The position numbers were made by a program, and so were the translations under genes. The notes beneath the pieces are model-generated. The model did no database searches. It saw only the letters and a program-made list of their open reading frames with translations, and was not told the origin of the DNA. From Narcine bancroftii (taxonomy: Eukaryota), in assembly GCF_036971445.1 (NCBI RefSeq), contig NC_091475.1:80042001-80106000 (forward strand): a stretch of 64,000 nt of DNA, read 5' to 3'. Shown in pieces: positions 22,237 to 35,221 of this stretch. The number at the start of each line of letters is the position of its first letter. The first letter of the stretch is position 1.

Positions 22237-23165
22237 AATCAATGAGATGCAAAAAATTATCAGGCAGGTGCAGCAAGTGGTTAGGCCGCAGTGGTTCTCA
22301 ACCTTTTTCTTTCCACTCTCATCCCACTTTAAGTAATCCCTATGCTATCAGAGCTCTGTGATTAGTAGAGGATTGCTTAAAGTGGTATCTGAGTGGGAAG
22401 GGAAGATTGAGAATCACTGCTCTAGCCCCGATTGTTACTGAAATCTTTTGCTTGAGAATAATTTCATTGGCCAATTTCCTTTGGAGTTATGAAACTCTGC
22501 ACATAACGAGTCAATTAGGTACGATTAAACAGTGCTTTCAAACTTTTTCTTTCCGCCCACATCGCACCTTAAGCAATCCCTTACTAATAACAGAGCATCT
22601 ATGGCATAAGGAATAGTATATGAGTGGAAAGAAAAAGGTTGAGAACGACTGGGTTGGGATCAGTAGCACTTTGGGCTTTATTGCAAGGATATTGAAGTTT
22701 AATTCACAAGGAAATTACAATGGCACATGGGTGATGCCATACCTAGAATATTGTACAGGGTAAGGGACTACTGGAATTCTGCATTAGGCCACATCTGGAA
22801 TACTGCACAGGGTGTAGGTGAGATCACACCTGGAATATTGCACAGGGTATGGATGAGACCACATCTGATTGTTGCACAGGGTTATGGCCCCTTGATATAA
22901 TAAAGGATCGAGTTTTATTGGAGAGAGTCCAATAAAGGAAGTTCACCGAAATGTAGTCAGTCTCTGGAAATCTCTATGCCGGGGATTGCAGACACTGGGT
23001 CACTGGGGGTGATGAAAGAGAAGCTGGATAAATTTGTGAAAGATCGGGCAGCTGAGGGCGATGGGGAACTGGCACAGAAGAGGAGGCCTGTGATGAATCA
23101 ACTGTGGCGATATTGAACGGCAGTGCAGACTTGATTGGCCAAATTCTACTTCCCTGTGTCCCTGT
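21930..23165 (+). mobile_element. Old CR1 remnant interrupted by (GA)n and a MITE
   Basis: SLQQDIDRLREW..CEVRHFGK; QVQQVVR; CR1-type 3' end near 23100-23165. Confidence 0.65.
22289..22651. mobile_element. hAT/Charlie-like MITE, composite
   Basis: TIRs cagtggttctcaacctttttctttccactc / gagtggaaagaaaaaggttgagaacgactg; internal TIR copies near 22405-22420 and 22530. Confidence 0.75.
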
Positions 23166-23209
23166 GTATTATCCTCAACCCCCTCAAGTACCACAGTGAT
23201 TGAGGAGGA

Positions 23210-24927
23210 GTCTGTTTTTACAAGAGAGGATACAAATAACCTCCCAAGGATATTGGGAAACATAGAGACTAATGCAAGGGAGGAACTGAAAGAAATCGGT
23301 ATCTCTAAGGACATGGTCTTGGGGATATTGATGGGATTGAAGGCAGATAAATCCCAAGGGCCTGATAATCTACATCCTAGGGTACTTAAGGAAGTGGCCA
23401 TTCAGATAGCAGATGCTTTAAGAATTATTTTCCAGAACTCGATAGACTCAGAATCAGTACCCATGGATTGGAGGGTAGCTAATAGGGTACCCCACTATTT
23501 AAAAAGGGGGGTAGAGAAAAAGCGGGGAATTATAGGCCGGTGAGCCTTACATCAATAGTGGGCAAAATGATGGAATCCATTATTAAGGATGTAATAGCGG
23601 ACCTTATGACTAGCAGAGAAGGGATCGGACGGAGTCAACATGGATTTACAAACGGTAAATGGTGCTTGACAAATCTATTGGAATTCTTTGAGATGGTGAC
23701 AGGTAAAATAGATGGGGGAGAGCCAGTGGATGTGGTGTACCTGGTCTTCCAAAAGGCCTTCGATAAGGTCCCGCATAAACGACTGGCTTCCAAAATCAAG
23801 GCTCATGGGGTTGGGGGCAAAGTATTGATGTGGATTGAGAACTGGCTGGCAGGTAGAAGACAGAGAGTTGGGATAAATGGCTCGTTTTCTGAATGGCAGA
23901 CGGTGACCAGTGGGGTGCCACAGGGATCTGTACTGGGACCCCAGCTGTTCACAATTTACATTAATGATCTGGATGAGGGGATTGGATGTAATATCTCCAA
24001 ATTTGCAGATGACACTAAGCTAGGAGGGGTTGTGTGCACAGAAGAGGGGGTCAGGAAGCTCCAGTGTGATTTGGATAAATTGAGGGACTGGGCAGATACA
24101 TGGCAAATGCACTACAATGTGCATTTGGTAATACAAACCGGAGGGCAGATTACTATTTGAATGGCAATAGATTAAGAGATGGGGAAGTGCAGAGAGACCT
24201 AGGGGTACTTGTACACCAGTCTCTGAAGGCGAGCATGCAAGTACAGCAGGCAGTTAAAAAGGCAAATGGTATGTTGGCCTTCATATCAAGAGGGTTTGAG
24301 TATAGGAACAAGGATACCTTACTGCAGCTGTACAGGGCCTTGGTGAGACCCCACTGGAGTATTGTGTGCAGTTTTGGTCACCTTATCAAAGGAAGGATGT
24401 TCTTGCGATAGAGGGAGTGCAGAGGCGATTCACCAGGCTGATACCTGGAATGGCAGGAATAACTTATGAGGAAAGATTGCGCAAATTAGGATTGTACTCG
24501 CTGGAGTTTAGAAGATTGAGAGGGGATCTCATAGAGACAGATAAAATTCTGGCAGGACTGGACAGAATGGATGCAGATGGGATGTTTCCAATGATGGGAA
24601 AATCCAGAACCTGGGGCCATGGTTTGAGGATAATAGGCAAACCATTTAGGACCGAGATGAGGAGGAATTTCTTTACCCAGAGGGTGGTGAATCTGTGGAA
24701 TTTATTGCCACAGAGGGCAGTAGAGGCAGGTTCATTAAATATATTTAAGAGGGAATTAGATATATTTCTTCAGTCTAAGGGTATTAAAGGTTACGGAGAG
24801 AAGGCGGGGACGGGGTACTGAACTTTAAGATCAGCCATGATCTTGTTGAATGGAGGAGCAGGCTCGAAGGGTCGAATGACCTACTCCTGCTCCTATCTTC
24901 TATGTTTCTATGTTTATGTCTCTATGT
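23210..24927 (+). mobile_element. CR1 LINE, 5'-truncated, relatively young, inserted near the 5' end of the L1
   Basis: ORFs 23196..24821: KSQGPDNLHPRVLKE, FQKAFDKVPH, SGVPQGSVLGP, KFADDTK, RRNFFTQRVV; (TTTCTATG)-like tail at ~24897-24927. Confidence 0.95.
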
Positions 24928-25317
24928 GATGGAGTAGTGGCCAGTAGGAGAATACAAGCCCTCTCCAGAAAAGAAGGAAAAAAGTAAAGAAAAAGCAAAG
25001 CCACAGACACACAAACCACAACAAATAAAAAATAAAGGTGTGGAGGAAATGGCACCACTCCCTGAGGTCAGTGGAAACCCCGAAGGGTCGCGACCCACTG
25101 AACGCAGGACTACAAGGATGGCTCACAGAGCCAAACAGAGGTGCGCAAACACGCATGACAAAGACAACACTGACGGGAGGGGGGACCAGCTGTGGAGTGG
25201 AACTCCACAGCTTGAACCGCTGAGAAAGACCCGACACCAGGGCTCCCAGCGGGAAGATATAGAAAATAATGGAACGGGAGGGAGGAGAATGAAAAAAGGA
25301 AATCAGAGACACAGCAG

Positions 25318-28029
25318 ATGACCAACCCAGAGGAAGAGGAGGACCAACATCAAGACACCATTAAAAAAAATACCCAGCAAACTGAGATAAACAGCCCAAC
25401 AAGAAAGTCAGAAGAGACACAGATACAAGGAAGAGAGGTAGAGGACACAGGTCCTGAAGTGGACACAGGGGAACAGGAGGGAGAACATCAAGCTCTGCAC
25501 AGAGAAACAGAAGATAAAGGGAATGGACTGTACATAGATAGAAAATTTTTTGAAGAATATATGCAAGCAGTAAAAGAATGGCAGACACGAGAATTTAATG
25601 AAATAAAAAGAAGAATAAAAGGTACAGAAGAAAAAGTGAGTAGATTAGAGATGGTCATGACAGAAATAGGGAAAAGAGTAGACAAGGTGGAAGAATGAGA
25701 AACAGCTGTAGAAATGGAAGTGCATGACTAAAAAGGAAATTGGAAGAATCTGATAAAAAAGTTAAGGAAACACAGGAGTTGTTAGCTCAGAAGATGGATA
25801 TAATGGAAAACTATAATAGGAGAAACAAAAGCTCTGTTGGGACCAAGGAAAGCTGCCTCAGGACCTTTGTGATGCCATCATCATCACCTTGTACAAAAAC
25901 AAAGGCGAGAAATCATACTGCTCAAACTACAGGGGAATCACGCTGCTCTCCATTGCAGGCAAAATCTTCGCAAGGATTCTCCTAAATAGAATAATACCTA
26001 GTCTCGCCGAGAATGTTCTCCCAGAATCACAGTGCGGCTTTCACACATACAGAGGAACTACTGACATGGTCTTTGCCCTCAGACAGCTCCAAGAAAAGTG
26101 CAGAGAACAAAACAAAGGACTCTACATCACCTTTGTTGACCTCACCAAAGCCTTCGACACCGTGTGCAGGAAAGGGCTTTGGCAAATACTAGAGCACCTC
26201 GGATGCCCCCCAAAGTTCCTCAACATGGTTATTCAACTGCACGAAAACCAACAAGATCGGGTCAGATACAGCAATGAGCTCTCTGAACCCTTCTCCATTA
26301 ACAATGGCGTGAAGCAAGGCTGCGTTCTCGCACCAACCCTCTTTTCAATCTTCTTCAGCATGATGCTGAAACAAGCCATGAAAGACCTCAACAATGAAGA
26401 CGCTGTTTACATCCGGTACCGCACGGATGGCAGTCTCTTCAATCTGAGGCGCCTGCAAGCTCACACCAAGACACAAGAGCAACTTATCCGTGAACTACTC
26501 TTTGCAGACGATGCCACTTTAGTTGCCCTTTCAGAGCCAGCTTTTCAGCGCTTGACATCCTGTTTTGCGGAAACTGCCAAAATGTTTGGCCTGGAAGTCA
26601 GCCTGAAGAAAACTGAGGTCCTCCGTCAGCCAGCTCCCCACCATGACTACCAGCCCCCCCCCCCCCCTCCACATCTCCATCGGGCACACAAAACTCAAAA
26701 TGGGCAATCAGTTTACCTATCTCGGCTGCACCATTTCATCAGATGCAAGGATCGACAACGAGATAGACAACAGACTCGCCAAGGCAAATAGCGCCTTTGG
26801 AAGACTACACAAAAGAGTCTGGAAAAACAACCAACTGAAAAACCTCACAAAGATAAGCGTATACAGAGCCGTTGTCATACCCACACTTCTGTTTGGCTCC
26901 GAATCGTGGGTCCTCTACCAGCATCACCTACGACTCCTAGAACGCTTCCACCAGTGTTGTCTCCACTCCAACCTCAACATTCATTGGAGTGACTTCATCC
27001 CTAACATCGAAGTACTCGAGATGGCAGAGGCCGACAGCATCGAATCCACGCTGCTGAAGATCAAACTGCGCTGGGCAGGTCACGTCTCCAGAATGGAGGT
27101 CCATCGCCTTCCCAAGATCATGTTATATGGCGAGCTCTCCATTGGCCACCATGACAGAGGTGCACCAAAGAAGAGGTACAAGGACTGCCTAAAGAAATCT
27201 CTTGGTGCCTGCCACATTGACCACCGCCAGTGGGCTGATATCGCTTCAAACCGTGCATCTTGGCGCCTCACAGTTCGGCAGGCAGCAACCTCTTTTGAAG
27301 AAGTCCGCAGAGCCCACCTCACTGACAAAAGACAAAGGAGGAAAAACCCAACACCCAACCCCAATCAACCAATTTTTCCCTGCAACCGCTGCAACCGTGT
27401 CTGCCTGTCCTGCATCGGACTTGTCAGCCACAAACGAGCCTGCAGCTGACGTGGACATTACCCCTCCATAAATCTTCGTCCGCGAAGCCAAGCCAAAGAG
27501 AGAGAGTGAAGATAATAGGAGAAACAATATAAAGATAGTGGGCCTTAAGGAAGATGAAGAAGGCAAATATATGAAAGAATTTATAAAAAAAATGGATCCC
27601 CAGGGTCCTAGGAATACCAGAAATACAGGAAGGAATGGAAATAGAAAGGGCACACAGAACATTAGCCCCAAAACCACAGCCACAACAAAAACCAAGATCC
27701 ATTCTAGTAAAATTCCTGAGATATACGACAAGAGAAAATATATTGGAGAAGGCAATGAAAAAAATGAGAGAAGACAAAAAGCCACTGGAATACAAAGGTT
27801 AAAAAAAATTTTCTACCCAGACATAAATTTTGAGCTCCTGAAGAAGAGGAAGGAGTTTAACACAGCAAAATCGATCCTATGGAAGAAAGGCTATAAATTT
27901 ATGTTAAGATATCCAGCGGTGCTTAAAATAGTTATCCCGGGGCAGCAAAACAGACTGTTCTCGGATCCGGAGAAAGCACGAGAATTTGCAGAACGCCCGC
28001 AAAACAGACAGATAGATGAAGAGATGTAA
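25318..28029 (+). pseudogene. L1 ORF1 (disrupted, split by RTE)
   Basis: Coiled-coil region, MENYNRRN|NIKIVGLKE, FYPDINFELLKKRKEF, LRYPAVLKI; the start position is uncertain. Confidence 0.8.
25829..27511 (+). mobile_element. RTE-clade LINE, 5'-truncated, with 16-bp TSD
   Basis: Perfect TSD ataataggagaaacaa at 25813-25828 and 27512-27527; RT motifs (DLTKAFDTV, GVKQGCVLAP, LLFADD); frameshift in a C-run near 26660. Confidence 0.95.
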
Positions 28030-28455
28030 CAAGAACAAGAATGACAACAAACTTTATGTAAAGAAGAAAAATAATGTATAAGTAAGAACTAAGAAGGGGA
28101 AGAAAGGAAGTAAGGGGGAAATTAAGAGGGTGAGCTTTGTCATATGTGAAGATAAAAGTCTTTTCTGGGGGGGCTGGGTGGGAGAGAACAACAGTCACTG
28201 CGAAATCAGTTGACGCTTGTGCCGGGTTCGCAATCCAAATGGAAAGGGGAGTCGTGGTTGCCCGGCAAGGGACAAGGGGCAACTTAGAGAGGGGGGGAAC
28301 ATTTGGGGTTGAGGGAATTTTAGATGTGGGAATAGTGGAAATATTTTATGTTTTAGAAGTGTTGTCTGACAGTGTGTTCAAAAAAAGAAAACAGAAATGG
28401 ATATGGTGAAAGGTGGTGATGAGGAAGCGGAAATGAGAGGTAAACAAAGTATGAA

Positions 28456-31400
28456 ATGGCCATGTTGAACTATATGACTATAAATATTAACGGAATACAT
28501 AACCAAATCAAAAGGAAGAGGCTGTTAAATTTACTGAAGAAAGAAAAAATTGATATAGTATTCGTGCAGGAAACACATCTAACGGAAGTGCAACACAAGA
28601 AATTAAGGAGAGACTGGGTAGGGCACGTAACGGCAGCATCATATAATTCAAAAGCCAGATGAGTAGCTATATTAATCAATAAAAATGTACCAATCAAAAT
28701 AGAGGAGGAAATAATAGATCCAGCAGGGAGCTATGTAATGAGCTATGTAAAGTGTCAGATATATTCAGAACTCTGAAATTTGGTCAATGAAGAGGATCAA
28801 AAATGTATGCAAGATATCTTTTTGAAGATTGCAGATACGCAGGGGAATATACTGATAGGAGGGGACTTTAACCTTAATTTTGACTCAAAGATAGATAAAA
28901 CTGGAAAAAAGGCTAGCAGAAAGAACAAAGTAACCAAATTTATGGTTAAATCGATGCAGGAAATGTAACTTTTGGATATATGGAGGAGACAAAACCCAAA
29001 GGAGAAGGAATGCTCATATTATTTGGGTAGACATAAAACATACTCAAGGATAGACCTGTTCCTGTTGTCAGCCCACATCCAAGGGAGAGTTAGGAAAATG
29101 GAATAAAAAGCTAGATTGTTATCGGATCACTCATCCCTGTTATTAGGAGGACATCCCACCGAGAATGTATAGATAGAGATTAAACTCCATGCTGCTTAAA
29201 AGACAGGATTTTAGAGAATTCATTGAGTGACAAATTAAAATGTAATTTGAAATAAATATGGAATCAGTGAAAGATAAATTTATATTATGGGATGCAATGA
29301 AAGCCTTCATCAGAGGGCAGATAATAAGTTATGTAACTAAGATGAAGAAGGACTACAATCAGGAAATAGAACAGCTGGAAAGGGAAATAGCAAGTACAGA
29401 AAAAGAATTAGCAATAAGGGAAGATACAACAAAAAGAAGAGAATTGGCAGACAAAAAAAATAAAATATGAAACACTACAAACATACAAGGTGGAGAAGAA
29501 CATAATGAAGACAAAACAGAAGTATTATGAGCTAGAAGAAAAAATACACAAAATACTAGCTTGGCAGCTTAAGACAGAACAAACTAAAAGAACGGTATTG
29601 GCATCAAGGAAAAAGGACAAACAAATTACATATAACCCAATGGAGATCAATGAAAACTTCAAGTAATTTCTATGAGCAACTATATCGAACTGAGAACGAA
29701 GGGAAAGAAGACAAAATAGATGAGTTTCTAGCTAAAATTGAACTACCGAAATTGCAAGAAGAGGAGCAAAATAAATTAATAAAATCATTTGAAATAGAGG
29801 AAATACAGGATATATTCAAACAATTACTGAACAATAAAACGCCGGGAGAGGATGGACTCCCAATAGAATTCTATAAAACATTTAAAGACTTATTAAATCC
29901 TCCTCTCCTGGAAGTAATGAACCAGAATGAAGAAACACAAAACATGCCAGATTCATGCAAAACAGCAATAATTACAGTAATACCAAAGACGGGGATAGAT
30001 CCACTAACACCAGCATCGTATAGTCCAATATCTCTACTTAACACAGATTATAAGATAATAGCTAAACTATTAGCAAACAGATTGACTGACTGTGTACCAA
30101 AAATAGTAAAACTAGATCAAACTGGATTTATTAAGAAAAGACGAACAACAGACAATATCTGTAAGTTCATTAACTTAATCCGTGCAGTACAAGGAAACAA
30201 GACCCCAACAGTGGCAGTTGCCTTAGACGCAGAGAAAGCCTTTGACAGAGTAGAATGGAATTATTTATTCAAAGTACTACAGAGGTTCAACCTACCAGAG
30301 AAAAATATTAATTGGATTAAAGCATTATATAAGGGACCATTGGCGAAGGTGACACTAAATGGATATATATCAAGCCAATTTAAATTAAGCAGATCAACTC
30401 GGCAGCGATGTCCACTATCTCCCTCACTGTTTGTGTTAGCTATAGAACCACTGGCAGAACTGATAAGAACAGAAAATAAATAAGAGGGATAAAAATAAAA
30501 GAGAAGGAATATAAAATCAGTCTATTTGCAGATGACATCATAGTATACTTAACAGAACCAGAAATATCAATAAAAGAATTACATAAGAAATTGAAGGAAT
30601 ATGGAGAAATATCGGGGTACAAGATCAACGCAAATAAAAGTGAAACAATGCCAATGAATAATGCAGATTTCACAAAGTTTAAGAAATAATTACCATTTAG
30701 ATGGCAAAGACAAGCAATTCGATACCTAGGTATACAACTAGATAATAATCTAGGCCATCTATACAAACTAAATTATCAGCCATTAATGAAGAAATTACAA
30801 GACGAATTAGAACACTGATAGGAAGGGTAAATTGCATTAAAATGAATATCTTCCCGAGGATACAATACCTATTTCAATCGTTACCAATTCACCTAACAGA
30901 GAAATTCTTCAAGGAGCTAAAGAAAATAATAAGGAAATTCTTATGGAAAGGGGGGGGAAACCGAGGATAGCACTAGATAAATTAACAGAATGGTACAAAC
31001 AAGGGGGCTTACAGCTACCAAACTTTAAGAATTATTATAGAGCAGCACAATTAAGATACCTATCAGATTTTTATCAAACAAGGGAAAAACCAGATTGGAC
31101 CAGGTTAGAGCTGGATAAAATAGAGGAGAAGGTACTTGAACATATACTATGTAAGTGGGATGAAAAGCTGGTGCAACATAGGAATTCACCAGTACTGCAC
31201 CATCTGCTCAACATTTGGAAGAAGATTCACGTAGAAAGGAATAAAACAAATTATCAACTACCAAAATTAATATTGATGCAAAATCAATGAATCCCTTTCA
31301 CAATAGATAACCTTTCCTTTAGAGAATGGGAGAGAAAAGGGATCAAAAGAATAGAAAATTGTTTTTCAGGAAATAAATTATTATCTTTTGAACAAATGAA

Positions 31401-32206
31401 GTACAAATATGGTATAACTCACGATACAATGTTTGCATATCACCAACTGAAAACCTACTTGAAGGACAAATTGGGAAGCAGACTGAGGTTACCTGAAGGA
31501 AGCAATTTTGAATATGTGATTACAGACACAATGATAATTAAAAGATTTATAACAAACATGTACATCAAACTGCAAGAGAAAGAGAACGAGGAAACAAGCT
31601 GTAAACCCAACCAAAAATGGGAACAAGATCTAAACATAAAGATAAAGAATAAAACATGGGAAAAGCTAAGCTCCGGAACTATGATAAATACAATAAACAC
31701 GAGGTTATGCATGATACAATATAATTGGTTACACAGGCTATAGACCACGCCCCAAAAGTTAAATAAATGGGACCCATCAGTATCAGACAGATGTTTTCGC
31801 TGTAAGAAGGAAACGGGAACAACAGTACATGCAATTTTGGCATGTGAGAAAGTGAAAAAGTTTTGGGAAGATCTAAACCAGGTATTAAATAAAATCACAA
31901 AAAGCAACATACCAAAAAATCCAGAGATCTTTCTTCTAAGTAATATAAGAAGTAAAGAACTTGGCCTCGCTTTGGATGAGCACAAAAAAGATTTATTATG
32001 ATAGCCTTAGCTGTAGCAAAAAAATGTATTATGTCAACCTGGAAATTAGAAGATAGCCTGAGAATACAGCAATGGTACATTGAATAAATGTACCATTGGA
32101 AAAAATAATATGTAATTTAAGAAATAACATCACAGTATTCGAACAAATTTGGGAACCGTACATGGAACACAACAGAGAAGTCCTACCGCGGACCTCCACC
32201 GCCTAA
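28456..32206 (+). pseudogene. L1 ORF2 (APE endonuclease, RT, Cys/His motif), multiply disrupted
   Basis: TININGI..FVQETHL, IGGDFN, KTPGEDGLP, LDAEKAFDRVEW, SLFADD, RYLG, CFRC..VH..C. Confidence 0.92.
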
Positions 32207-32694
32207 AATGACAGAAGGAGAAGAAGACGAAATGAACCGACCCAGTGTGTAAAAGTAGAAGACACAAATTTCTTGTTTATTTTTATTGTGTGTTGACACT
32301 GTTTAATGGGCTTAATGTATCATATAGGTTGAACGTTGAGTGGGTGGGGAGTAAGGGGGTGAAGGAGGGAGGGAAAGGAGGGGGAAAAAGGGGAGAAAAT
32401 GACATTGTGTATATTCAAGAGGGAAATGTTTGAGTGTATTTTGGTTAATATGGTTCATAGTGTGAAAAATTAAAAAATTTTTAAAGAAGTACCACAATGA
32501 TTATTATAATATTCCTCTCTGCCATGGGAAACCAATCCTCTTGATCCACTCTCTTTTTCCCTTGTCCATATGAAGTTTAATATTACTTCTATAATTGCAT
32601 TTAGTTTTACTTTTTACCGATAAGTTTTCATGAAGAGTTGCCCATCTGATTCAAAAGCTTTGGTGAACAGCTTGTGATGTTGTTGCCCCCACAG

Positions 32695-32893
32695 GAACTT
32701 TTTACACCTGAGTGCAAGTTCAAGGAGTCGGTGTACGAGAATTACTACGTGATCTACTCATCAATGCTGTATCGGCAGCAGGAATCTGGCAGGGCTTGGT
32801 ACCTGGGCTTCAACAAGGATGGACAGATCATGAAGGGGAACCGTGTGAAGAAAACTAAACCTGCTTCTCACTTTTTGCCCAAGCCACTGGAAG
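32695..32893 (+). CDS. FGF14: Fibroblast growth factor 14 (FHF4), penultimate coding exon
   Basis: cccacag|GAA..GAAG|gtaat, 199 bp; [66 protein letters not shown] matches FGF14. Confidence 0.95.
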
Positions 32894-32948
32894 GTAATAT
32901 GCTCACTTAGCAGCCAGAAATTGAGCCCCATCAGCCACTACACCTGGA

Positions 32949-33150
32949 GCGGCACAGTTAGTGTAGCAATTAGTGCAATGCTATTAGAGCGCCAGCTACC
33001 CTGGTTCGAATCTGGCGCTGTCTGTAAGGATTTTGAATGTTCCACCTGTGTCCTGTGGAGGTTCCCTCTGGGTGGTCCAGTTTACTCCCACTTTCCAAAG
33101 ACATGTGAGTGTAATTGGTCACATGATTGTTTAGGGATGGTGTGGGCTCA
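32949..33150 (+). mobile_element. tRNA-headed SINE (V-SINE/HE1-like)
   Basis: gcggcacagttagtgtagc..ggttcgaatctggcgctgtctgtaagg (A/B-box-like motifs). Confidence 0.75.
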
Positions 33151-33314
33151 TAGGCCACAAGATCCCATTATGAAAAGTTTTTAAAAAATTAAATCCCATT
33201 ATACGTCTAATTAAACCAATAGTATCTCCATTAAATTTAAGTTACAAGCCAGGGCAGGAGGAAGCTAATCTGATTATAACCTCCAATCTACATTCACGTC
33301 TATCCCCAGTGACT

Positions 33315-33665
33315 GTTCTCAAATTCAAATTCATTGTCACTTTTACCAAAGATACAGTGATAGAGGCTGTTCCTCAAGTAGATAAGTTCGACATCTCAAA
33401 CGTAGTGCAAGTAAGACACAGAACAAAAATGCAGAGATAGCATGGAGCAAAAAGGAAACTTTTTTAAAATCTTGATGTTCATTTAGGAATCTGATAATCT
33501 TAGGCAAGAACTGTCCTTGAATCTGGTGGTGCATAATCTGACACATGATTCTTCTTACTGCGGGGTGGGGGGGGGGGGTAGTGAAGAGAGTGTGGCTGGG
33601 GTGGGAGGAGTCTTGCAATGCATTTGGTGCTTTTCCAAGGAAGTGGGAATTGTAGATGGATCTAT
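33315..33665 (-). mobile_element. Rex1/L2-like LINE 3' remnant
   Basis: ORF 33343..33618 QDSSHPSHTLF..FLPKIIRFLN; tgacaatgaatttgaa tail. Confidence 0.6.
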
Positions 33666-33819
33666 AGATAGACCCATCTCTTTATTAACAGCTTAAAAAC
33701 ATTCAGTCTCTGCTCGTCTCCTTTAATGAAGAGTTCCAAAAGACTCACAACCCTCTGTGAGAGAAAAGGATATTACTTTATCTCTGCCATAAGCAGGTGC
33801 CCATCTGATTCGGCAGTAT

Positions 33820-34562
33820 GTCGACGAACTGAAGAGGGTGCAGATAAGATTTACAAGATGTTACCTGACTCAAGGATAGGAGCTACAGCAAGAGGTTGAG
33901 CAGACTAGGACTTTATTCCTTGGAGCGCCGGGGGATGAGGGGTGATCTTACTGACATGTACAAAATTATGAGAGGAATAGATCGAGTCAACGCAAATTCT
34001 TTTGCCCAGAGTATGGGAGTCGGTAACCAGAGGCCTGAGGATTAAGGTGAAGGGGGAGGCATTTAACAGGAACCTGAGGAGTAACTTTTTTACACAGAGG
34101 GTGGTGGTATGGAATGGGCGGCTGGAGGAGGTGATTGAGGCAGGTACTATTGCAATGTTTAAGAAAAAATTGAATGGGTATATGGATAGGATGGGTTTAG
34201 AGATATACGCTAATGCATGGTTAGTGTGGTGGTTAGCACAATGCTATTGCAGCACCAGTGAGTCTGGTTCAAAGTTACCAATGTCTGTTATGAGTTTGTA
34301 CATTCTCCCCATGACAAAGTGGGTTTTCTCTAGGTCCTCTGATTTCCTCCTGCTCTCCAAAAATGTATAAGGTTGGTCGGTTAATTAGGTGGCAGGGGTT
34401 TCATGTCTGGTTGGGCCTTCTACCATGGTGAATTGTTAAAATTAAAAATAAATTAAATTGAAATTAGATATGATCCAATCTCAGGTAGGACCCTCATGGG
34501 TGGGAGATATTGGACAAGTTGGGCTGAAGGGTCTGTTTCCTCCCTATGTGAGTCTATGACTC
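33820..34562 (+). mobile_element. CR1 3' remnant with a nested SINE (~34218-34450)
   Basis: TRGLRIKVKGEAFNRNLRSNFFTQRVV; SINE core tctgttatgagtttgtacattctcccc. Confidence 0.75.
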
Positions 34563-35221
34563 AAGGGACCACTTGAATCTTGTGGAGTAAAAGCATCTGG
34601 GAGGTGCTAATATTGGATCTCTCTGGAGAGGAGTAGTTATTCATGTGAACCATAGTTCCAGACAATTGCTTATAAAATTTCAGTACAGTGGCATAGTTGT
34701 TAAATTATTGGACTATAGACCACAAAAGCTTGAATTAATAATCCAAACGCACAGGTTCAAATCGTACCACTGCTCCTGGGAATTTAAATTCAGTTAATTA
34801 AGTAAAAGCTAGGCCTGGTAAAGATTATTGTGAATTTACTGCATTATTGCAACAATCAATGAGGTTCATTCAGCCGAGGTAACCATCCCTATCAGTCTCA
34901 TATGCAAATGTCCCCTTATCTCAAAATCTACTATGAAATATTGGTTTTCTAGTGAAAGTTAAATGAAATGGAGCTTCCAGTCTTCAGGCCGGTTGTGAGC
35001 TGTGATTCAGGGAGACTAGATAAAGGCACAGCTGCCTCCAAGGACAGAAAGGTCAATGTAAAGAAGAGATCGACTGCAAATGAAGCAGAAAGTGTTGACA
35101 AGAACTGCTGGGTGTAGCTGGTGTTTTGGACCTGGACAGTGCATCCTGTGAGGGAGAATCGTCCAAAGGAACCAGATAAAACATTGCAGGAATGTGGGAA
35201 GGGCAGAGATGTGCGACTGAC

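Larger units (their letters stand above)
23202..32486 (+). mobile_element. Full-length but inactivated L1-clade LINE with 16-bp TSD
   Basis: TSD aagtaccacagtgatt (23186-23201) / aagtaccacaatgatt (32487-32502); ORF1, ORF2 and A-rich 3' end. Confidence 0.9.

Noticed and set aside
1-32694. Earlier FGF14 exons or an SCA27B-like (GAA)n tract
   Set aside because: No LFNLIPVGLRVVAIQ-type exon and no long GAA run seen; short GAA runs are RTE tails
32674-32910. ORF-track ends of the FGF14 exon (MMLLPPQ, GNMLT)
   Set aside because: Intronic read-through beyond the AG/GT splice sites
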